64,000 nucleotides of DNA, from assembly GCA_037310415.1 (NCBI GenBank), contig CP147780.1, positions 1,312,001-1,376,000 on the forward strand, in the 5' to 3' direction. Made by a program: the position numbers and the translations under genes. How positions within the stretch are numbered: position 1 is the stretch's first letter; the number at the start of each line of letters is the position of its first letter. The notes beneath the pieces were generated by a model, which saw only the letters and a list, made by a program, of their open reading frames with translations, did no database searches and was not told the DNA's origin. This DNA comes from Candidatus Atabeyarchaeum deiterrae (GTDB taxonomy: Archaea > Asgardarchaeota > Atabeyarchaeia > Atabeyarchaeales > Atabeyarchaeaceae). Below are positions 1-9,670 of the stretch, piece by piece.

Positions 1-651
1 TTCGCTTATGCAAGACAGGACAATGAATTCAGGTTGGGTGAGCCTGTTTCCTGTGGAATCGTCGCGAAGATCTTTGAGGACATTGGAGTTACAGACTTCA
101 TAACGGTCACCTCACACGTTCACCGCATCACTGGAATAGAGAAGTGGTTTCCTAAAATCAAGGCTTATGATGTCTCTGGGGTAACCGCACTCGCTGAGTT
201 TGTGAAAACCAAGGTTGAAAACCCAGAAGAATGCATGGTCTTCTCTCCCGACGGAGAAGGACTGGGATGGGCAAAAGAGATGGCAGCGATCATAGGTTCT
301 AGCCAAGCGTCTGCCTTGGAGAAAGTACGCGATGTTAACACGGGTGAAATCACCCAGAAGTTGGTTCAGGATGTCGATGTGAAAGGGAAGTCGATTGTGA
401 TAGTAGATGACATCGTTAGCACAGGTAAAACGATCGCTCGGGCAGCGCACATTCTCAGAAAAGAGAGGGGTGCCAAGAGAGTTGCTTTCACCTATGTCCA
501 CGCTGTTCATAGTCCCGGAGCGGTTGAGTTAATGAGAAAGGAGTCACCACCCTTCATAGCTACCACAGATACTGTGGCAACCTCAGCAAAAGGCATCGAA
601 GTTGTGAGTGTGTCAAATCTGATCAGTGAAAAAATAAAGTCGATTATATGA
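1..651 (+). CDS. prs: Ribose-phosphate pyrophosphokinase, 5'-truncated by window edge
   Basis: Frame open from base 1 (FAYARQD..GE motif); SPDxG and PRPP-binding VIVDDIVSTGKT motifs. Confidence 0.9.
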   Translation, partial: FAYARQDNEFRLGEPVSCGIVAKIFEDIGVTDFITVTSHVHRITGIEKWFPKIKAYDVSGVTALAEFVKTKVENPEECMVFSPDGEGLGWAKEMAAIIGSSQASALEKVRDVNTGEITQKLVQDVDVKGKSIVIVDDIVSTGKTIARAAHILRKERGAKRVAFTYVHAVHSPGAVELMRKESPPFIATTDTVATSAKGIEVVSVSNLISEKIKSII

Positions 652-694
652 TGTTCTTGAAGAAAAATGGTATTGGCTTCTTGAGTGATCCTAG

Positions 695-1711
695 ATGCCT
701 CGACCCGGTGTGTCATTCTCAGCACTGGTAGGCTTATTCGCTCTTCCCCTGATCTTGGTATTGGTGATTGGCTACGCCCCTGCCGCCATCACACCAAACT
801 CCAATTTCTTCACTCTTTCCATTAATGGGACCCCCAATATCAACGTGTCTAGCTGGACTCTGGTCGTGGATGGGCGGGTGAACTACCCACTGACCTTTGA
901 TTACGCGAATTTTACTGTCCAGCCAAACGCGACGGAGATTGCTAAGCTGCATTGTGTGTCGGGACCGTCTGGCACAGCATCATGGACTGGGATCCCTCTC
1001 AACAATATCCTAGCGATGGCTGGCGTTCAGTCAGGTGCAATGGACGTGGTTTTCTACGGGGCGGACGGATACACTTCCTCACTCACGTGGCCAACCGAAA
1101 ATGCATCCGATGTTCTACTCGCTTTCATGATGAACGGGGAGACACTGCCACCAGATCAAGGGTTCCCTATGCGGGTTGTGGCGCCGAATGACCAGGGGTA
1201 CAAGTGGGTTAAGTGGGTGTATCGGATCGAAGTGGTCGACTACGACTACAAGGGATACTGGGAAACTCGTGGGTGGAGTGACAATGCCCGCATGGCAATT
1301 CTAAGTGACTGGCCGTTGCATGCTGCCCTATTGTCAGTTTCATTCTTGTTTGGCGGTCTCGCGGCGATCTCAGGGGTGAGGTTCTCCCCGACTATGAATG
1401 CATTCAAGGACTTGCCAAGGTTTGTGTCACGCAAGTTCCATCTCATTGCATCCGTGTTCTTCGTCGTCTCTGCAACAATTACCTTTGGTTACTGGGTTGT
1501 CGCAACTTTGCTCGCGCGAGGGTCAATCTTCTTCACGCTTCATGGGATAATAGGGCTATCCAGTATCGGCCTACTCATCGCCGGGGCGTTAATACAATTA
1601 GTAACAATGAGGCGGTCCTCGGCTAAGCGATCGTGGCATGGGAGGATGAGTCTGTACGGATTCGTACTCTTCGCAATAACTATCTTCTTAGGATTCCTAA
1701 TGGCCGCCTAG
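695..1711 (+). CDS. Sulfite-oxidase/MsrP-family molybdopterin oxidoreductase fused to a C-terminal 4-TM His-containing (cytochrome b-like) domain
   Basis: LHCVSG Mo-ligand Cys, WTGIPL, GADGY, MNGETLPPDQGFPMRVV, GYKWVKW, GYWETRGW; N-terminal TM; four C-terminal TMs each with a His. Confidence 0.85.
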   Translation: MPRPGVSFSALVGLFALPLILVLVIGYAPAAITPNSNFFTLSINGTPNINVSSWTLVVDGRVNYPLTFDYANFTVQPNATEIAKLHCVSGPSGTASWTGIPLNNILAMAGVQSGAMDVVFYGADGYTSSLTWPTENASDVLLAFMMNGETLPPDQGFPMRVVAPNDQGYKWVKWVYRIEVVDYDYKGYWETRGWSDNARMAILSDWPLHAALLSVSFLFGGLAAISGVRFSPTMNAFKDLPRFVSRKFHLIASVFFVVSATITFGYWVVATLLARGSIFFTLHGIIGLSSIGLLIAGALIQLVTMRRSSAKRSWHGRMSLYGFVLFAITIFLGFLMAA

Positions 1712-1939
1712 CTTGTGCCGATATAATGATCTAGGCCACCGAAACACCGCCCAAAGAAGTGGATAATCTCATTCTTAGGTATCGAAAGGGAGACGTATGA
1801 CAGCCTTCCGTACATTCGTCAATTGCCGAAGATTGACACGAATTTTTTGGAGGTGATTATCTAATTTGGCTAAAGTTTAAAATAGCAGATAGGACATTAA
1901 AAGAGAAATGACGTTCGAAACTGGGGGTGAAAAAGGCAA

Positions 1940-2227
1940 GTGAATAAAGGCGATTTGATTGACCAAGTAGCCAAAGCAATCGAGGGCACCAAAGTGACTG
2001 CAACGAAAGCGGTAGACGCCATCTTCGAGCATATGACTGCCGCTCTGGTGAAAGGGGATAAGGTATCCATAGTTGGATTTGGAACTTTCCTGGTAAAGAA
2101 GAGAAAAGCCAGGACGGGAATTAATCCGAAGACAAAAGAAAAGATAGAGATTCCTGCCAAGCATGTTCCGGCATTTAAGCCTGGCGCTGAGTTGAAGTCC
2201 AAAGTACTTCACTTGAAAGCTCAGTAG
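1940..2227 (+). CDS. hup: Bacterial-type histone-like DNA-binding protein HU
   Basis: MNKxDLI start, VSIVGFGTF, RKARTGINPKTKEKIEIPA, PAFKPGAELK; GGGGGTGA SD before GTG. Confidence 0.95.
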   Translation: MNKGDLIDQVAKAIEGTKVTATKAVDAIFEHMTAALVKGDKVSIVGFGTFLVKKRKARTGINPKTKEKIEIPAKHVPAFKPGAELKSKVLHLKAQ

Positions 2228-2297
2228 TGCAAACGCAATCAGGGAGATTTGCCCGAGGCGAGAAGCTGGAGCTATCGAATATTTGGCTGGTCTTCTT

Positions 2298-2795
2298 TCA
2301 GAGAAACTCCAGTAGTTCTGACAGATGGTGGATGTCTTTTCCCATTTGCAGAACTATACCTTTTCCTTTCAATGCCTTTTTAACATCAAGGCAGAATTTC
2401 TCAACATCATCTATGAACATGACTTCATCAGGCGATATATCTAAGTTATCCTTTTTCTTGAATTCCTTGAGGATCTCAAGAATGTTGTTCCCCTTGTCAC
2501 CGAAATTGATCTTGCGATGTTCGAAGAAATCGCCGAGTTCCAACACTTGGAGGATTGTTTCAGCTTCACGGAGTTTATTGACACTGTCCAACGAGATGTG
2601 AATCCCTCTCTTCTTAAGCTCGCTCAGGACAGCTCTAGCTTCCTCATCGAGGATGATCTTGCAGCGTTTGGAGTCCTCCACCAGGTCGCGATCGAGTCTC
2701 TTTACTGGTAGAGTCACCTGACCTAGGTAACAATCTGAATTGCTGCTGAATATTACGTCGTCAGCATCGAAAACTACTAACTTGATTCTGGCCAT
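2298..2795 (-). CDS. HAD subfamily IIIC phosphatase (magnesium-dependent phosphatase-1-like)
   Basis: LVVFDADD motif I, no cap, VMFIDD motif IV; ORF extends to 2804. Confidence 0.75.
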   Translation of the reverse strand: MARIKLVVFDADDVIFSSNSDCYLGQVTLPVKRLDRDLVEDSKRCKIILDEEARAVLSELKKRGIHISLDSVNKLREAETILQVLELGDFFEHRKINFGDKGNNILEILKEFKKKDNLDISPDEVMFIDDVEKFCLDVKKALKGKGIVLQMGKDIHHLSELLEFL

Positions 2796-2952
2796 GACAA
2801 CCACAATAAGCTAATGATTTCAGCTTTTGTTCCGAGATTCCTCTATCGTGAATAATGTAAGTAACTATATTACTTTTCACATGCCTAAGAACATATCAGA
2901 TTTGTTGTCTACCCAAGCTAGGTTGAATAACTAATCGAGGGTCGGGTGTCAA

Positions 2953-3873
2953 ATGGTGGCTTCCACATTTGATCTTGGTGAGGGCATCATTCTAATCGAC
3001 AGCGGTGCCCTAGGAGTAAAACACTACTGCTCGAGCTACGTGATCTCTTCCGATGATGAGCACATCCTAATAGAAACTGGTCCGGGCACCTCTGTGCATA
3101 CTCTGCTTGATGGGATCAAAGAACTGAAGCTGAGTTTGAACTCATTTACGAACATAATTGTGACACACGTTCACCTTGATCATGCCGGGGGAGTCGGAGA
3201 CATAGCCAACAAAATGACAAACGCGAAAGTTGTAGTTCATGAGACTGGGGCGAAGCACCTCGTCGATCCATCACGACTCGTTGAGAGTGCAAGGAGAGTC
3301 TTTGGTGAATCTTTTTACCTCTATGGAGACCTCAAACCCGTTGACGAAAAGAGAATTCAACCCGTCAAAGACGAGGACGAAGTCAGGTTCCGAAGCGGCA
3401 AGAAACTCAGAATAATCTATGCACCTGGACATGCATCGCATGAAATCTGCATCCTTGATGAACAGACGAAGGCACTATTCACTGGTGATGCAGCGGGACT
3501 ATATTTCGATGATACCGATGAGGTTGTCCCAACAACTCCGCCGCCTGACTTCGACTTGGACCTCTCGCTCCAAACGATAGACAGACTGCTTAAGCTGGCA
3601 CCGAGTCGCCTGTTCTTCTCCCACTTTGGAGTAGTCAATCAATCCAAGAAGATACTTGCAGAAGCTAAAGAACAACTAATAGTTTGGGGTGAGAGAATTA
3701 TAACAGCTTACACAAAGGATTCTAGCGACCCCAAGATAAAACTCGAGAAGCTGTCGGCGCAACTCGAAATTAAGACAAAGACTCTGCCCATTGAAGTTAA
3801 ACAAAGACATCTCAACATGTGTGTGGACGGCTATCTGAGGTTCTACAGAAAAAAGAAGAATCTCCAAGTGTAG
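2953..3873 (+). CDS. MBL-fold metallo-hydrolase
   Basis: THVHLDHAGG, APGHASH, LFTGDAAG, FSHFG. Confidence 0.9.
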   Translation: MVASTFDLGEGIILIDSGALGVKHYCSSYVISSDDEHILIETGPGTSVHTLLDGIKELKLSLNSFTNIIVTHVHLDHAGGVGDIANKMTNAKVVVHETGAKHLVDPSRLVESARRVFGESFYLYGDLKPVDEKRIQPVKDEDEVRFRSGKKLRIIYAPGHASHEICILDEQTKALFTGDAAGLYFDDTDEVVPTTPPPDFDLDLSLQTIDRLLKLAPSRLFFSHFGVVNQSKKILAEAKEQLIVWGERIITAYTKDSSDPKIKLEKLSAQLEIKTKTLPIEVKQRHLNMCVDGYLRFYRKKKNLQV

Positions 3874-4039
3874 ACAGAGCCGAGTTTAGGCCTTCGCGAC
3901 CAGCTGTTCCAGCAATCCGTTTTGGGTGCAAACAGGAAGTTAGAATATCACTTTATTAGAGGGAACTCTAGAAAGAATATCATTAACTAGGGTAGCAATG
4001 CTTCTGCGAAATCGAGTCTTTCCACGGAGGAGTCTCTCG

Positions 4040-6448
4040 ATGAAGGTTGGGATAGAGAAGAACTGTTTCGTGATCAACGGGAAGGAAACAATGCTACGTG
4101 CCGGCGAGTTTCACTACTCCAGAGTCCGTAAGGATCAATGGAGCGACAGGCTGTCAAGAATGCGTGAGGCTGGACTGAATACAGTAAGCACATACATCAT
4201 GTGGAATTGGCATGAGATCGCAGAAGGAGTATTCGATTTTACTGGACGCACTCATCCCCAAAGGGACGTGGAGTATTTCCTGGATCTTGTCGGAAAATCG
4301 GGTTTGATGCTCATATCAAGACAGGGTCCTTGGGTATGCGCTGAGTGGTTGAACGGCGGATACCCACAGTGGCTGTTTGATAAGCATCCTGAGATAATGA
4401 GCTTGGACTCGACTGGCAAGGTTACCTACAGGATGGAGCCTCATGCTCCAGTTGTGTCATACCTGCACTCCACATACCTAGACTATTCGAAAAAGTGGTT
4501 TGACGCGTTCACACCTCTCCTGAAGGAATTCGAGACAAAGTATCCGGATCAGTTGCTTCTTGTACAGGCCGATAACGAGACCTGTTACGGTTTCCATGCA
4601 CCACCTTTTGAGGCAGACTACAACCCTGTAAATATCGGCTCGAAGGAGAAGGGAATTGAAGGACTATACCAGAAGTGGCTGAGACAGAAATATCGAATTA
4701 TCTCAACTCTTAACAAGCTCTACGGCACAAAACATGACGCTTTCGTCGATATAGAGCCTCCACGTTCAGCGCCCAAAAATAACGGTTCATTGTTAGCCGT
4801 ATTTGACTGGACCGCTTTCAAAGAAGATACAGTCATTGAGTTCCTGGAAATAGTTGCCAAGATGTATAGAAGGCATGGCATAAAGGCGACTGTCTCTACC
4901 AACGATATACTGAGCGACACATTGACGATTGGGAGTCCTTGCAACATCTATAAGAAATCTCGCCATTTCTTTGAAGGGATCGACATGTATCCCAGTGTCT
5001 TCAAAGACATGCTCGACGTCACAACCAAGGTGGTGGAGCCAGTTGAGATATTCAAGGCGCAGTCACCAGAGAAATATCCCACGAGCCTTGAGTTCCAAGG
5101 TGGATGGTATAATGCTAAGGTGCCGCTCAATACAACCCACCTTCATCAGAGACTCAGCTTCGCACATGGGCTGAAGGGTCTTTCGTACTATATGTGGGTT
5201 GGTGGAACCAATCCGAACGGATGGGGTACTACGGGTGAAAGCTATGATTACGACTGCGCAATACAAGAGGATGGGCTAGATGGTCGCCGTCTGCCTGTTA
5301 TGAAGCGCTTCCTTGAGTTCACGCGAACAAATGAGAAGGTCATACTTGAATCTGAGAAGGTCGCCGAAATAGGCATCTTGTATTATCAGCCATACACATT
5401 TTGGTGTGCCTCAATAAACCCAAAGTCAGCAGGGCTGGCATACAACATTGCATCTGAACACAGCCGTCTGTCCACCTTCGAGACGGCTTTGCAGATGCTC
5501 GGCTTCAATTTGGAATACTTTGACATAGAGCATACAAGTGTTGCGGATATTAGAAAGTACAAATTGCTTATTGCTCCACTCTATGAATTCCTGGATAAAG
5601 ATTCTCAGGAAATGTTGCTGGACTCAGCAAGAACCGGGGCTACCATAATTATCGGTCCAATGATCCCATACTTGGGCGGAAATCTTGAGGCTTGCCCAAG
5701 TCTACAAGACGCACTGAAGGTGAGAGTTGCGGAGAGCGTTGAAACTGATGAAGTTGAACTGGTAGGCTCTGGCAGTTTGAGTATTTCGAAAGTATGTGTT
5801 CTTAAGAGTGAGGCTGATGATGCCATTGCCGTCGCCAAGGTAAAGACTACTGAGAAAATATGCGGCTATCTAAGGAAAGTCGGCAAAGGAAGGATAATAG
5901 TTCTAGGTTTTCTGCCATCCAGACTAAAAGACGAGGCAGAAATGAAGACATTTCTCAACTTTCTGGAGAAATTTGACACCAAGCCCCTTGCCTCATCCAA
6001 TCAGAAGAATGTCAATGTCGTTGAGCGGTTGACTCCAAACGGTTCAGCTCTCCTCTATGTCTCAAACCTCTCGGAAGAAGAAAAAGAGGCAGAATTCAAG
6101 TTCATCGATCCGAAAGATCGAGCCAAGTGGATGGAAATCCAAGGTGTCTCGATCCCCAAAAGGAGTGCATTGGTTTGGCCGATCAACTTGAAAACTGGAG
6201 TTGGCGAGATAAAATACTTGACAAGCGAAATCATTGGGATCGAGGAAAAGGCTGATGAAACTATAATACGCGCCTGGGGATACTCAGGGACAAAAGGCGC
6301 AGTGATGGTGAAGCTCGCAGAGTCTGATAGGGCTGATCAGATGTATTACAAGCATTTACCGCAAGGAATGAAAATGGAATTTAGGAGCGGCAGAGGCGCA
6401 ATCATAATACTTGTGGAAGGAATAGGTCCCTTCTCCGACCTACCCTAA
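4040..6448 (+). CDS. Glycoside hydrolase family 35 (beta-galactosidase / GlmA-like architecture), cytoplasmic
   Basis: GEFHYSR, GLNTVSTYIMWNWHE, GPWVCAEWxNGGYPxW, QADNE acid/base, LEFQGGW nucleophile, YMWVGGTN, SYDYDCAI; GGAGG SD before ATG 4040 (ORF from 3998). Confidence 0.88.
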   Translation: MKVGIEKNCFVINGKETMLRAGEFHYSRVRKDQWSDRLSRMREAGLNTVSTYIMWNWHEIAEGVFDFTGRTHPQRDVEYFLDLVGKSGLMLISRQGPWVCAEWLNGGYPQWLFDKHPEIMSLDSTGKVTYRMEPHAPVVSYLHSTYLDYSKKWFDAFTPLLKEFETKYPDQLLLVQADNETCYGFHAPPFEADYNPVNIGSKEKGIEGLYQKWLRQKYRIISTLNKLYGTKHDAFVDIEPPRSAPKNNGSLLAVFDWTAFKEDTVIEFLEIVAKMYRRHGIKATVSTNDILSDTLTIGSPCNIYKKSRHFFEGIDMYPSVFKDMLDVTTKVVEPVEIFKAQSPEKYPTSLEFQGGWYNAKVPLNTTHLHQRLSFAHGLKGLSYYMWVGGTNPNGWGTTGESYDYDCAIQEDGLDGRRLPVMKRFLEFTRTNEKVILESEKVAEIGILYYQPYTFWCASINPKSAGLAYNIASEHSRLSTFETALQMLGFNLEYFDIEHTSVADIRKYKLLIAPLYEFLDKDSQEMLLDSARTGATIIIGPMIPYLGGNLEACPSLQDALKVRVAESVETDEVELVGSGSLSISKVCVLKSEADDAIAVAKVKTTEKICGYLRKVGKGRIIVLGFLPSRLKDEAEMKTFLNFLEKFDTKPLASSNQKNVNVVERLTPNGSALLYVSNLSEEEKEAEFKFIDPKDRAKWMEIQGVSIPKRSALVWPINLKTGVGEIKYLTSEIIGIEEKADETIIRAWGYSGTKGAVMVKLAESDRADQMYYKHLPQGMKMEFRSGRGAIIILVEGIGPFSDLP

Positions 6449-6467
6449 AAAGCGCCTGGCGCATTTC

Positions 6468-7817
6468 TCAGTAATTCGAAACAATGAGGATATCACATGC
6501 ATCCGCTCCAGTCCACCCAGTATAGAGCAGAGCATTAGCTTCTTTCAAGAATTTCAAGGCTTCTGCTTGATCATAATAGTACGCCATTTCGGGACCTTTT
6601 TGTAGAGTTTCTGTGAATGTATTACCATCAATGATTGCTCCAGCAGTTTCAGTCATACCGTCCAGTCCTCTTGTGTCCATTGAGAGTATCTCGATTCCCT
6701 TGACTCCTGATATGTTTCGAAGAGCGTTGAATGCCGTGTATATGTTCGACTCATAATCCTGCACTTCGCTGGTAATCCCGATGTTTCCCGAGAGCACCAG
6801 GGCGCTTGGCTTCTTGAACTGCTTCCTCATGTCCCTGCCTATCATAGAAATCAAGTTGCCCACAGGGCCAGACCTTTCCCTTATTGTTGCAGACATCAAA
6901 TAGGTGTTAATCCCTCTTTTCTGCAGAGCTTCTAGAAGCTTGTCAACAAAGATTCTGTTGTTCATAAGTACATAGTTCTTCACGCGCGAGAACGCTCTGT
7001 CCTCCGACCTCAGAGGTTCTGGCGCTCCCCCGCCCACTCCTCTGTTGATGTAGTTCTTTATGCTGTTTGGTGCCTCATTCCAGACATTATACTTCTGAAG
7101 GATCTTCAGGACGTCCGCAAAAGTTGTATCATCATGGTAGGTTGGTCCTGCGCCCATTACGCTCAGATCATTGCCCAGCGCGTCAGACATCACCAAAGTG
7201 TAGATCTTTGAGACTTTTGTATGGGTGGCCAGCCATCCACCTGATATAGCAGAGAGATGTGTCAAAACGCTGGCTATCTCCGTTTCTTCCGCGCCTTGCC
7301 TTATGAGCATGTTTCTGAGCAGACCCACCTCGATCGTGGTCACTCCTTCCACTGGCATGCACATCATGGATGAAGCTCCGCTGCTGAGAAGGAGAAACAC
7401 AACATCCCTTCCACCAGCTTGTTGAACGTAGTTGATAGCTTGTTGGGCTATCTTGATTCCGTTGTCGTCAGGTGTAAGAGGGTTCGCCTTCTGAATGTAG
7501 AGCTTCTTGAGTCCTTGCACATCTTTTGGATCAAAGGGAACGGAAACAATTCCGCCAGCGAGCTTGTACTCGACGACCTCTTGAAACGCAAGAGCCATCT
7601 GAGCAGCTAATACTCCTGCTCCGACTATGAATATCCTATCGATCTCTTTGAGGCCTATTATGTCCTTTCCAATCATTATGCTGTCTCCAGCAACGACGCG
7701 AGAAATGTTCCGTCTGATTGCTTCACGTGCACTTGCATAAGTGATAGCTTCTTCAAGGGATTCTAGCGTGTAGCGTCTGATCCTTCTTCCGAACTCAGAC
7801 TCTGCTCTTGACACCAA
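6468..7817 (-). CDS. Glycerate 2-kinase (MOFRL/DUF4147)-family protein with degenerate catalytic motifs
   Basis: SDALGND..GPT, HLSxxxGG, GLDG..AGAIIDG, TGxTG; canonical GKAA, SGGGS and GGRNQ altered. Confidence 0.8.
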   Translation of the reverse strand: MVSRAESEFGRRIRRYTLESLEEAITYASAREAIRRNISRVVAGDSIMIGKDIIGLKEIDRIFIVGAGVLAAQMALAFQEVVEYKLAGGIVSVPFDPKDVQGLKKLYIQKANPLTPDDNGIKIAQQAINYVQQAGGRDVVFLLLSSGASSMMCMPVEGVTTIEVGLLRNMLIRQGAEETEIASVLTHLSAISGGWLATHTKVSKIYTLVMSDALGNDLSVMGAGPTYHDDTTFADVLKILQKYNVWNEAPNSIKNYINRGVGGGAPEPLRSEDRAFSRVKNYVLMNNRIFVDKLLEALQKRGINTYLMSATIRERSGPVGNLISMIGRDMRKQFKKPSALVLSGNIGITSEVQDYESNIYTAFNALRNISGVKGIEILSMDTRGLDGMTETAGAIIDGNTFTETLQKGPEMAYYYDQAEALKFLKEANALLYTGWTGADACDILIVSNY

Positions 7818-7975
7818 TTCCTCCTTGTTGAGAATCGTAGACGTGAACCGTACACCTCCTCATTCTTCCCGTCTCCACAAGTGCCCAACCAGAACTCTGC
7901 TCAACTGAACCAGATTCTGCTTTCTTGCATCACTTACAGTTGAAGAGTAGCGTATTATTGCGACAGCTGGTTGAA

Positions 7976-9052
7976 TTACCCTAATTCCTTTTTCCAGGTT
8001 CTCACTTTCTCGAGAATTTGCTTTTTCTCTGATAGTGACAGTGCAAGCCCTTCATGGTACTGGAACATTTTTCTTGAGACAGAACCCATATCGAGATAAG
8101 CCTTGTTCCAGAGTCCCATCTTTCTAAACTCGTCTCTAACTTTTTCGATATTGTCTGATATGAATCTAGCTGGCAAATCAGCTTGTATCAACCTCTCAAG
8201 GAACTCAAGCATAGTCCGAGGATCTTCTTTGGGCATCTGAGGAAGCTGTTCGATTATGGCCGCTTTTCGCGGGAGGTACTCTTTTTCAACCACAGGCTCC
8301 TCAGCCTTAACAAAAGGTACAATGGGGCGACCAGTAGCGCTCGATTCAGCAAATTTCTGAACAAACTTGGATCCTTTCTCCTGATCCTCCTTGAGAAAAC
8401 GAATTATGCTAGCAGGACTCTCAGCTGATGCGCCTCCTGTTCCAGCCGCAACAGATGTCTGCACTGTACCCGTATGAGCCATAACAGGCGCTTGTCTTAT
8501 GGTAGGCGTTAAGGGCTCGACGAGTTCCTCTATCTCTCTCCAGGACTCCTTGAATTCCCTTCTTACTTTCTGATCGAATTTCTCATTCTCTTTTCTCGCC
8601 CAATCATGTATCTTGAGCCTGCCTTCAATTGGCTTGGTTGACAAGAATTCCAAAACACTTCGTATGAGATGCTTCTTCTGCGTCTGTGCTGTTACCATTC
8701 CGCCTTGATACTTGTCAACGGCAACGAAAAACGACACGTCGAAGGTTTCCTCGGGTTCATTCAACATATACTTCCTGTCTTCAACAAATCCTTTCAACAG
8801 CTGCTTAAGCAGTAACTCGTCTACGTCTCCTTGTTTTGGTATTCTGACCGAGAGCGTGGCTGAGCTTCCTGCTCTTCTCATCACTCCGTCTCTAAACTCG
8901 ATCTCCTTAGTCTCGACTTGCTCGCATTCCTTGTTCTCATCACAAGAGACACAAGGTATCCCTCGCCTCGGATATTTCTCGCAGGATACTGGTGTGACTC
9001 TGAAGAATTCGTCTAATACTTCTTCGGGAATTGTTATCTTCATCAAAAGCAT
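7976..9052 (-). CDS. ARPC4 (Arp2/3 complex p20)-like N-terminal domain + low-complexity linker + helical C-terminal domain
   Basis: Collinear matches to recalled eukaryotic ARPC4: KQGDVDELL ~ KQADEIEKIL, EPEETFDVSFFV ~ KPVEGYDISFLI, KKHLIRSVLEFL ~ KHKLVDFVIHFM, KIHDWAR ~ SVNARAR. ORF extends to 9097. Confidence 0.72.
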   Translation of the reverse strand: MLLMKITIPEEVLDEFFRVTPVSCEKYPRRGIPCVSCDENKECEQVETKEIEFRDGVMRRAGSSATLSVRIPKQGDVDELLLKQLLKGFVEDRKYMLNEPEETFDVSFFVAVDKYQGGMVTAQTQKKHLIRSVLEFLSTKPIEGRLKIHDWARKENEKFDQKVRREFKESWREIEELVEPLTPTIRQAPVMAHTGTVQTSVAAGTGGASAESPASIIRFLKEDQEKGSKFVQKFAESSATGRPIVPFVKAEEPVVEKEYLPRKAAIIEQLPQMPKEDPRTMLEFLERLIQADLPARFISDNIEKVRDEFRKMGLWNKAYLDMGSVSRKMFQYHEGLALSLSEKKQILEKVRTWKKELG

Positions 9053-9306
9053 TGTTCCCCCAATCTTTTGACCATGAGGACTCACATTGATACCCACACG
9101 TGTGGCGCGTATGTCATTTCAACAAGATCGTACAACTATATTTTTAAGTATAGCCTGTAATTTAACTATTTGCCTTACCCAGACTCAAGATGGGGAAGCA
9201 GACGGAGATTCGCAATGACGGTGAAGTGACGGCACATCAGGCTTCTTCCTTCAATGAGCAGTACAGCTTCTCGGAGTCACTAGGAATCTTAGTGAGGGCA
9301 TCCAAT

Positions 9307-9591
9307 TTGCCTAAAGTGAAGTTACGCCTATTGGGTCCGTTCTGGTTTTCGACGGGAGTAAAGGAAATGGATACTGAAGGTAATACTGTCGACGAGGTAA
9401 TATCCAAGTTCGTTCAGAAATTCAAAGACAAGATTCCAAAACCTTACCTCGTGGACAGCAGTCTGCATCTTCATTCTCTAACATTGATTCTCCTCAACGG
9501 TTCAGACATCGAATTTGTCGAAGGAAAAAGAAGTGCGAAGTTGAAAGATGGAGATGTCATAGCAATAGCGCCGCCAGTGTCAGGCGGATAG
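9307..9591 (+). CDS. moaD: MoaD/ThiS/SAMP ubiquitin-like sulfur carrier
   Basis: ILLNG..LKDGDVIAIAPPVSGG C-terminus; near AOR; probable TTG start at 9307 (ORF from 9190). Confidence 0.85.
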   Translation: MPKVKLRLLGPFWFSTGVKEMDTEGNTVDEVISKFVQKFKDKIPKPYLVDSSLHLHSLTLILLNGSDIEFVEGKRSAKLKDGDVIAIAPPVSGG

Positions 9592-9670
9592 CAGATCCAA
9601 ATTCTTCTATTACCCACGCGTGTGACAAAGAAAAAGGGAAAGAGTAGACTTCGATTGGGTCCGACTTTTG

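Noticed and set aside
9307-9591. Eukaryote-like ubiquitin
   Set aside because: Sequence pattern and AOR linkage indicate a MoaD/SAMP sulfur carrier; no E1/E2/RING genes nearby.
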